Origin: Candidatus Omnitrophota bacterium
GTDB taxonomy: Bacteria > Omnitrophota > Gorgyraeia > Gygaellales > Profunditerraquicolaceae
NCBI GenBank assembly: GCA_041651115.1
Contig: JBAZJY010000001.1
Span: 5,165-69,164, forward strand
Reading direction: 5' to 3'
DNA: 64,000 nucleotides
A program made the translations under genes and the position numbers. The notes under the pieces are model-generated. The model was not told where the DNA came from. It ran no database searches and worked only from the letters and a program-made list of their open reading frames with translations. How positions within the stretch are numbered: the stretch's first letter is position 1; the number at the start of each line of letters is the position of its first letter. This document shows positions 57,247 through 64,000 of this stretch, one piece after another.

Positions 57247-58938
57247 ATGCATGCTGCCAAAAAGCTAAATCTGCTCACTGCCAATGCCCATGTCCAGGCT
57301 ATTTTATGCAAAGAGATGGGCATTTCCCGCGTCCTGGCCCAGCTTTTGGTAAACCGCGGCATTTCCTCCTGCCATGAAGCGGAAAAATTCCTCAATATAA
57401 AATTAAGCGATTTACGCGACCCTTATTCATTCGGCGATATGCGCCGCGCCGTAGAAATCATCCGTCAGGCAGCGAAAAATAAGGACAAGACAATGGTTTT
57501 TGGCGACTATGATGTTGACGGCATAACTTCCGTTGCCCTGCTTAAGAATACGCTCGCTAAAATCGGGATCAATGCTTTGCATTACATCCCGCACCGCATT
57601 AAAGAAGGTTATGGCCTGACTAAAAATATCCTGCATACTGCCAAAGAAAAAGGGGTTAAGCTTTTGATCACTGCCGATTGCGGCACTTCAGGCATTCAAC
57701 AGGTCGGGGAATTGCGTAACGCGGGCATTGAAGTGATCATTACCGACCATCATGAGCCTTCAGGCGTACACCTGCCCCCAGCCTCGGCGATGATTAATCC
57801 CAAAATAAAAGATTGCAGTTATGGATTTCGCGAGCTTGCCGGGGTGGGAGTCGCCTATAAATTATGCCAGGCGCTTTCAGGCAGCGACCTTATTGACGAT
57901 TTGGACATTGTTTCTTTGGGCACGATCGCCGATGTTGTGCCGCTCAAGGATGAGAACCGGGTGATCGCCAAATTCGGCCTGGCGCGACTTTCCGGGACCA
58001 GGCGGCCCGGGCTTAAAGCCCTGATTGAAACCAGCAGGATGCGGAATAAGAAAATGAATTCTACTTTTGTCGCTTATATTTTGGGGCCGCGCATAAACGC
58101 AAGCGGCAGGATGGACACCAGCGACGCGGCTTTAAGGCTCCTGACTACGCTTGAAGAGAATGAAGCCGGCGAATTGGCAAAATTCCTGGAAAAATTAAAC
58201 CGCGACCGCCAGAAAATAGAAGCGGAGATCTTAGGCGAGGCTTTCAGTCTGATCGAAAAAGAAGTCAATTTTAAGGACCATAAAATAATCGTCGTTGCCG
58301 GGGAAGGGTGGCACCAGGGAGTTTTGGGCATTGTGGCGTCAAAAGTCGCGGACAAATTTTACCGCCCGACGATCGTTATTTCGCTTTCCGACGGCTTATG
58401 CAAGGGTTCAGGCCGCTCAATAAAGAATTTCCATTTGTTTGAGGCGCTATTGGAATGCCGGGAGCTTTTGAATAATTTCGGCGGGCATTCCCATGCCGTG
58501 GGCTTGAATATCCACCGGGATAAATTGCACGGATTTAAGCAAAAGATCAATGATTTTGCAAAAGAGACTTTAAAGTTGGAAGATTTGCTGCCCAGCATGG
58601 AAATTGATATGGAATTAGCTTTAAGTGACTTAACCGATGAAATGGTTGCGGAGCTTGAAATGCTTGAGCCGTTTGGGACAGGTAATGCGCAGCCGCTGTT
58701 TATCAGCCGCAACCTTACGCTCAAGGGCATTCCGCAGATATTGGGCAAGGATACGATAAAATTCTGGGTCAGCGACGGCAGCCATACGTATCAAGCAATC
58801 GGTTTTGGCAAGGCGGCCTTAAGAGAAAGTATGGTTAACTCTGCGTCTTTTGACCTGGTTTATACTCCCCGGTTTGACACTTGGCAGGATTCAACCAGCA
58901 TACTGCTTGAAGTAGAAGATATATTCTGCAGGGGTTAA
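57247..58938 (+). CDS. recJ: Single-stranded-DNA-specific exonuclease RecJ.
   Basis: DHH (VFGDYDVDGITS, ITDHH) and DHHA1 motifs plus a C-terminal OB fold. Confidence 0.92.
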   Translation: MHAAKKLNLLTANAHVQAILCKEMGISRVLAQLLVNRGISSCHEAEKFLNIKLSDLRDPYSFGDMRRAVEIIRQAAKNKDKTMVFGDYDVDGITSVALLKNTLAKIGINALHYIPHRIKEGYGLTKNILHTAKEKGVKLLITADCGTSGIQQVGELRNAGIEVIITDHHEPSGVHLPPASAMINPKIKDCSYGFRELAGVGVAYKLCQALSGSDLIDDLDIVSLGTIADVVPLKDENRVIAKFGLARLSGTRRPGLKALIETSRMRNKKMNSTFVAYILGPRINASGRMDTSDAALRLLTTLEENEAGELAKFLEKLNRDRQKIEAEILGEAFSLIEKEVNFKDHKIIVVAGEGWHQGVLGIVASKVADKFYRPTIVISLSDGLCKGSGRSIKNFHLFEALLECRELLNNFGGHSHAVGLNIHRDKLHGFKQKINDFAKETLKLEDLLPSMEIDMELALSDLTDEMVAELEMLEPFGTGNAQPLFISRNLTLKGIPQILGKDTIKFWVSDGSHTYQAIGFGKAALRESMVNSASFDLVYTPRFDTWQDSTSILLEVEDIFCRG

Positions 58939-58941
58939 GCT

Positions 58942-59169
58942 TTAAGCTTTGATCAAAGCGCCTTTTTTAATGCACCTGGTGCAGACGTATACTTTGCGCG
59001 GATGGCCCTTGATCAGGATGCGCATTTTTTGCAGATTAGGCAGAAATTTACGCTTGTTGGCGCGGCTGACCTTAGAGCCGGTGCCGCCTTTTTTCTTGGC
59101 TAAGCCTTTGCGTACAAGAACTTTACCTGCCATGGCACCTTTGCCGCATAACGCACATGCTTTTTTCAT
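58942..59169 (-). CDS. rpmB: 50S ribosomal protein L28.
   Basis: MKKACALCGKG...RKFLPNLQK...C..C matches the L28 pattern. GGAG RBS. I prefer this internal ATG over the longer ORF in the track. Confidence 0.85.
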   Translation of the reverse strand: MKKACALCGKGAMAGKVLVRKGLAKKKGGTGSKVSRANKRKFLPNLQKMRILIKGHPRKVYVCTRCIKKGALIKA

Positions 59170-59246
59170 GAGATTACTCCTTTTAAATATATTAGCGTTG
59201 ATCCCCGGCATCTACTTAAACAAAAAATTCTTGAATATGCCGAGGA

Positions 59247-59330
59247 TAATTCAATCAATAACGTAAGCTAAATAAAGTTATTGATTGAATTAGTATACTT
59301 GAAAATAGGCTATTGTCAAGATACAATAGA
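59247..59330. promoter_or_regulatory. Two palindromes in the rpmB / helicase divergent intergenic region.
   Basis: Perfect 15-bp inverted repeat aattcaatcaataac-n14-gttattgattgaatt (59247-59291). ctattgt-caagat-acaatag palindrome at 59311-59330. Confidence 0.45.
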
Positions 59331-59341
59331 GATAGGTTTAA

Positions 59342-59766
59342 ATGAACCTGTCAGTTCTTTTCGCTCAGTGTGCCGTTTGCCCTAAGATAAATAATGGGCC
59401 GCCAATGATCTTTCGCATTTCGGCGGCGGTGAACTCGCGCCTTTTGCTCTAGCAAAAGTCGCTCGGACATACACCGCCGTCCCGATATTGCCGCCTATTC
59501 AGGCGGCATCGGGATTCCCGAAAGTGCTCAAGCTCCATTGGCTAAACGGCCCAAACTTCGCTCAAAGAATCGACAGATTCATTTATAAGTTAATCGTTAT
59601 GATTTTGCGGCTAACTTGGCTTGCTTTGAGCGGCACGTAGGAGGCTTGAGCGGGCATGGTTGCCCTTACTTACGTTAGGGCAGAGCGAAAGCTGACTTCC
59701 GAGCGAAGTCCCGCCTCGCATGGGCGGGACGAGCGTTGCTGCGAGAAGCAAGGCAAGGCAGACGCA
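59342..59766 (+). repeat. Composite GC-rich structured repeat: module A (59342-59590, similar to 14285-14520) plus module B (59628-59766, similar to the reverse complement of 41401-41545).
   Basis: Direct alignments as described for the other copies. The ORF track reads through it (59656 start), but stop-free translation of a GC-rich repeat is not evidence of coding. Confidence 0.75.
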
Positions 59767-59781
59767 AAATCTCTACTAATA

Positions 59782-62688
59782 ATGGATAAAATATTAGAAG
59801 GATTGAATAAAGAACAAATTGAGGCGGTTACGCATAAGCAGGGGCCGCTTTTGATCATTGCGGGCGCCGGCACCGGAAAAACCACGGTGATCACGCAGCG
59901 TATTGCCTGGTTATTATCCGAAGGCCTGGCCAAGACCGATGAGATCCTGGCGCTTACCTTTACAGATAAGGCAGCCAAAGAAATGCAGGAGCGCGTGGAT
60001 ATCCTTATGCCTTACGGCTATACGGATATCTGGATCTCAACCTTTCATGCCTTTGGCGACCGCATGCTCAGGGAAAACGCCTTAATTGCCGGGCTTAACC
60101 CGGATTTTAAAGTCCTGACCCGTCCTGAAGCAGCGGTATTTTTCCGCGAGCATCTTTTTGAATTTGATCTGTCTTATTTCCGGCCGCTGGCTGACCCCAC
60201 GCGTTTTATTGAAGCGTTAATCTCTTTATTCAGCCGGGCAAAAGACGAAGATATTTCCGCCGAGGAATATGTAAAATACAGCCAGGACCTTTTACTGAAG
60301 GCAAAAGAGCAGCCTGAAGATAAGGCCTTGGAAGAAGAAGCGATTAGCCAGATGGAAATAGCGTCTGCCTACGCAAAATATCAGAGCCTGCTTGCCGCGG
60401 GCGGCCTGGTTGATTTCGGAAACCAGTTTTATCTGGCATTAAACCTTTTGCGCGGGCACCCTTTAGTATTAAAAAATTACCAAAAGCAGTTTAAATATAT
60501 CCTGGTTGATGAATTTCAGGATACCAACTTTGCGCAATTCCAGTTAGTTAAGCTTTTGGCAGGAGAGAACAGGAATATTACGGTTGTTGCCGATGATGAC
60601 CAATGCATCTATCGTTGGAGGGGCGCGGCATACAGCAACGTGCTGAATTTTATTGACGGTTATCCTGATGCCAAAAAGGTAAGTTTGATCCGCAACTACC
60701 GTTCCAGCCAGGCCATTCTTGACAGCGCGTATAAGTTGATCCAGCAGAATAATCCCGAACGTTTTGAAGTTAAGGCAAAGATCAATAAGCAGCTGGTTTC
60801 TTTATCTGGGTCGGGAGCTGCGCCGCAGCATTTGCATTTTGACGCGCATTCTGCCGAAGCTGATAATGTCACCCGGATAATAAAGGGAAAAGTCAAATCG
60901 GGAAAATTCAAATACCGCGATTTCGCGATACTCGTGCGTTCCAATTCCGACAGCCAGCCTTTCTTGCAGGCGCTGAATATGCAGGATATCCCCTGGCAGT
61001 TCAGCGGCAACCAGGGCCTTTATTCGCGCGAAGAAGTAAAACTCTGTATTAATTTCCTGCGCGTAGCGGCAAATCCCTCGGATTCATTAAGCCTGTATTA
61101 TCTGGTAAGTTCAGAGGTGTATCCGCTTGGCCTTTCTGATTTAAGCCTGTGCAGCCATTATGCCAGGCGCAGGAACCTGCCGCTCTACATTATTTTTAGC
61201 AGGCTGACGGAAATCCCGGAATTGGAAAATGTCAGTGAAGAATTCAAGGAAAAAGTAAAGGCAATACTGGCGGATTTAGACAAATTCATGAAGACTGCCC
61301 GCGAAGAAACCACCGGAAGGCTGCTTTATTCATTTCTTACCGATACAGGTTACCTCAAGAAGCTTACCAAGAACCCTAATTTGGAAAATGAAGCCAAGAT
61401 CCAGAACCTGGCCAAATTTTTTAATATTGTGCGCGACTTTGAGCTGGTGGCAAAAGAAGACCGCGTGATCAGTTTTATAAATTACCTCAACCTTTTGATT
61501 GAAGCAGGGGATGACCCGCCGACAGTAGAGGCTGACCTTGACTCTGACGCGGTAAATGTCCTGACCATCCATAGAGCAAAAGGCCTTGAGTTCCGGGTGG
61601 TGTTTTTAGTCAGCCTTGTTGCCGGCCGCTTTCCGCTGCCGCGGCGCAGGCAAACCATTGAGTTGCCGGACAGCCTGATAAAAGAGGTATTACCTTCCGG
61701 GGATTTCCAAACGCAGGAGGAGAGAAGGCTTTTTTACGTAGGTATGACGCGCGCCAAGGAAGAATTATATTTGACCAGCGCCGTGGATTACGGCGGAAAA
61801 CGGATGCGCAAGATAAGCCAGTTTGTGGTTGAAGCGCTGGGGGAAGAAGCTGCTCAACCGCAAAAAAATAAATCAAGCGCCGTGGAAACAATTGAACGCT
61901 TTGCCCCGGTCAAAGAATCCCTGCGCCAGCAAGAGCCAACGGCGGAAGATAAGCTGATAAATTTAAGCTATTACCATATTGATGATTATCTGACCTGCCC
62001 GCTGAAATATAAATACGTGAACGTTCTGCGCGTGCCGATCATGGAGCACCATACGGTAATTTACGGCCGGGCAATGCACGAGGCAGTAAGCAGGTATTTT
62101 CAGTTTAAAATGGCAGGCAGGAAAATAGAGCAGGCAGATGTTTTAAATGCGTTCAGGGAAAGCTTTGATCCGCAGGGGTTTCTTGATAAAAAGCACGAAG
62201 AGGAGCGCTTGCGCGTAGGCAGGGAGGCGCTGGCGCAATTTTTCCAACGGGAAGAGAAACATGGATCTTTGCCGCTATTCATCGAAAAGGAATTTTCTTT
62301 TGTCCTGGAATCTAATAAAATCACCGGCCGCTTTGACCGCGTTGATAAAGAGGAAGACGGCGTGGTGATCATGGATTTCAAGACCTCGGCGATCAAAAAC
62401 CAGAAAGACGCGGATAAGCGGGTTAAAGAAAGCATGCAGCTAAAGCTTTACGCCCTGGCTTACCTGAACATATTCGGCCAGCTGCCTATAAGGCTGGAGC
62501 TTTATTTCCTTGAATCCGGGATCATCGGCAGTACCCGGGTAAAAGACGATGACTTGGAGGAAGTAAAAGAAAGGATCAGAGAGGTTGCCGGCGGCATACG
62601 TAAGCGTAATTTTACGGCAACACCCGCATATATGGCCTGCGCCTATTGCGCCTATAACCAGATCTGTCCGTCTGCGGTAATGAAATGA
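59782..62688 (+). CDS. UvrD/PcrA-family helicase fused to a C-terminal RecB/AddB-like PD-(D/E)xK nuclease with a Cys cluster.
   Basis: Begins MDKILEGLNKEQ. GAGTGKT Walker A, DEFQDTN (motif II), helicase motifs III-VI. The C-terminus carries CPLKYKY...DFK (nuclease core) and CAYCAYNQICP. I chose this start to exclude the upstream repeat. Confidence 0.85.
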   Translation: MDKILEGLNKEQIEAVTHKQGPLLIIAGAGTGKTTVITQRIAWLLSEGLAKTDEILALTFTDKAAKEMQERVDILMPYGYTDIWISTFHAFGDRMLRENALIAGLNPDFKVLTRPEAAVFFREHLFEFDLSYFRPLADPTRFIEALISLFSRAKDEDISAEEYVKYSQDLLLKAKEQPEDKALEEEAISQMEIASAYAKYQSLLAAGGLVDFGNQFYLALNLLRGHPLVLKNYQKQFKYILVDEFQDTNFAQFQLVKLLAGENRNITVVADDDQCIYRWRGAAYSNVLNFIDGYPDAKKVSLIRNYRSSQAILDSAYKLIQQNNPERFEVKAKINKQLVSLSGSGAAPQHLHFDAHSAEADNVTRIIKGKVKSGKFKYRDFAILVRSNSDSQPFLQALNMQDIPWQFSGNQGLYSREEVKLCINFLRVAANPSDSLSLYYLVSSEVYPLGLSDLSLCSHYARRRNLPLYIIFSRLTEIPELENVSEEFKEKVKAILADLDKFMKTAREETTGRLLYSFLTDTGYLKKLTKNPNLENEAKIQNLAKFFNIVRDFELVAKEDRVISFINYLNLLIEAGDDPPTVEADLDSDAVNVLTIHRAKGLEFRVVFLVSLVAGRFPLPRRRQTIELPDSLIKEVLPSGDFQTQEERRLFYVGMTRAKEELYLTSAVDYGGKRMRKISQFVVEALGEEAAQPQKNKSSAVETIERFAPVKESLRQQEPTAEDKLINLSYYHIDDYLTCPLKYKYVNVLRVPIMEHHTVIYGRAMHEAVSRYFQFKMAGRKIEQADVLNAFRESFDPQGFLDKKHEEERLRVGREALAQFFQREEKHGSLPLFIEKEFSFVLESNKITGRFDRVDKEEDGVVIMDFKTSAIKNQKDADKRVKESMQLKLYALAYLNIFGQLPIRLELYFLESGIIGSTRVKDDDLEEVKERIREVAGGIRKRNFTATPAYMACAYCAYNQICPSAVMK

Positions 62689-64000
62689 TGCTTTTTCTAA
62701 TTTGCCTCTTAGGAGCGGTTTTACGCCTTTACCACTGGAATAGCTATGGCTTTTGGTATGATGAAGCGCAGTGGATGCTTATAGTCGCCAGAGGCTTATC
62801 CAGGGCAGTTACAGAAACTGTCTTACTGACTAAGCCGCCGCTATTTGCGATCATTCTGTATTTTTGGAAACAGTTCTTTACTACGGAATTCATGTTAAGG
62901 TTGGTCCCGGTCATCTTCGGCATTGTCTCGGTCATAATAATATATAAAGCCGGAGAAACGGCATCCGGCCGCAAGGCAGGCTTGATTTCCGCATTTATCC
63001 TTGCCCTTTCGCCTTTCCATATCTACTATTCACAGGAGCTTACCCACTATAGCCTGACATTATTCTGCGCGGTTTGCTCGTTTTACCATTTGCTCAAAGG
63101 CCTGAAGGAAAACAGGTGGGGAAATTGGCTGCAATTCGCCCTGTATAATCTCCTTGGTTTATATACGAATTTTGTTTATGTATTTTTTTTGTTTTCTTTA
63201 AATACGGCAGCTTTGTTTTATTGCCTGCCCCGCCGAAAAGACGTCCTGAAGAAATGGCTGGTCAGCCAGGCCGTTATCTTATTGTTTGTCTCATACTGGG
63301 TTGCGCTTTTTTTGGGCGCATTTTTTCATTATTCCTACCCTTTCGCCACTTCCTGGATTCCCAAGGGGTCTTTATTGCGCATGTTTCAGGTATTCAGATT
63401 ATTTAACGCGGGGTATAATGCTGCGTCCCTGGCCAGCCATTTCCTTGTTTTTTTATTTTTTCCGCTCTTTTTTGCCGGGATAGCCCGCATCTTTAAAAAT
63501 AACAGAAAGATGGCGGGGGTTTTTCTGGCCACGATTTTTATGCCGGTAGTTTTGGCGATACTGTTTTCCCGCACAGCGGCGACGTTTACTTATCGCAACT
63601 TCATTTTTATCATGCCGGTTTATTATGTATGCGTAAGTATCGGCATAGCCGGATTGCGCAGGTTATGGTTGCCCGCATTGATTTCGTATTTATTGTTTGC
63701 CGGCTCAAGCCTTATAAATTATTATCATAATGTTTTTCCTTACTACGAGAATGATAGATTCTATCAACCCGGCGTCCATCCCAGGAAAGACAGCCGGGCG
63801 GCCGCGTTATACGTCATCGGTAATTTTAAGAAAGGCGATGCCGTAGCCCATGTTTGCACTTCTACTCTCGTGCCTTATATGTATTATGCTTCTGTTTCAG
63901 GGATAGATGAATTGCGCGAGGCTAACAAAGATGTCTTTGCCAATGGGCTCACCTTGGTTGCCTGGCAGAAAGATAAAATCGCCAGGTTGGCCAAAAACAA
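62685..64000 (+). CDS. GT39/ArnT-like (PMT_2) membrane glycosyltransferase; partial, runs off the window.
   Basis: ATGA overlap with the helicase stop. More than 10 TM helices. A first-loop WYDEAQW (DE motif) is typical of GT-C mannosyl/arabinosyl transferases. Absent from the ORF track because there is no stop in the window. Confidence 0.65.
   Translation, partial: MMLFLICLLGAVLRLYHWNSYGFWYDEAQWMLIVARGLSRAVTETVLLTKPPLFAIILYFWKQFFTTEFMLRLVPVIFGIVSVIIIYKAGETASGRKAGLISAFILALSPFHIYYSQELTHYSLTLFCAVCSFYHLLKGLKENRWGNWLQFALYNLLGLYTNFVYVFFLFSLNTAALFYCLPRRKDVLKKWLVSQAVILLFVSYWVALFLGAFFHYSYPFATSWIPKGSLLRMFQVFRLFNAGYNAASLASHFLVFLFFPLFFAGIARIFKNNRKMAGVFLATIFMPVVLAILFSRTAATFTYRNFIFIMPVYYVCVSIGIAGLRRLWLPALISYLLFAGSSLINYYHNVFPYYENDRFYQPGVHPRKDSRAAALYVIGNFKKGDAVAHVCTSTLVPYMYYASVSGIDELREANKDVFANGLTLVAWQKDKIARLAKN

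Noticed and set aside
59656-59781. N-terminal extension of the helicase ORF (MVALTYVRAERKLTSERSPASHGRDERCCEKQGKADAKSLLI) in the ORF track.
   Set aside because: The stretch coincides exactly with the GC-rich structured repeat (modules A and B). The recognisable helicase N-terminus begins at the ATG at 59782.
1-64000. Scan of all intergenic regions over 60 bp for tRNA, rRNA, tmRNA, RNase P or SRP RNA genes.
   Set aside because: I saw no cloverleaf-compatible sequences (no GTTCGAATC-type T-arms and no CCA-proximal acceptor stems) and no matches to the conserved cores of tmRNA, RNase P or 4.5S RNA. This was a scan by eye only. Running tRNAscan-SE and Infernal would confirm the absence.

Overview
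This 64 kb window reads as a chromosomal segment of a diderm bacterium with roughly 50% GC. Genes for Lol, Mla, PagL-like and DUF1573 proteins point to an outer membrane; my guess is an uncultured PVC/Omnitrophota-like lineage, but I cannot confirm that from sequence alone. Almost all genes are on the + strand and tightly packed. The main content:
- Several multi-PAS sensor histidine kinases, one with a CHASE domain, plus a receiver domain, PtsN and an HD-GYP phosphodiesterase preceded by a candidate c-di-GMP (GEMM-like) riboswitch.
- A lipid-related cluster: FabF, a PagL-like protein, an MtnX-like HAD phosphatase and a class-III aminotransferase.
- A GH94-like glycoside phosphorylase divergent from a beta-phosphoglucomutase-like HAD hydrolase.
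- A long housekeeping block whose order mirrors Bacillus operons (mcsA-mcsB-clpC...radA-yacL-ispD-ispF-cysE-cysS and tmk-holB-ricT-metG-tatD), but with mlaEFD inserted and lolED-lysS nearby.
- trpBA, an M16 peptidase, a CNNM/CBS transporter, rsfS, argS, recJ, rpmB, a UvrD-helicase/RecB-nuclease fusion and a GT39-like membrane glycosyltransferase running off the right edge.

The parts that look most unusual:
1. A family of GC-rich, highly structured intergenic repeats at about 14.28-14.72 kb, 41.40-41.55 kb and 59.34-59.77 kb. They share two modules and show compensatory stem changes.
2. A small accessory stretch at 40.7-44.7 kb holding a pilin-like fusion gene flanked by 20-bp direct repeats, an AT-rich orphan gene, a tandem array of the palindrome GGGGACGTCCCC, and tandem paralogous secreted proteins.
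3. A 1219-aa secreted protein of unknown function sitting between two histidine-kinase genes.

I found no CRISPR array, tRNA or rRNA genes, and no transposase.
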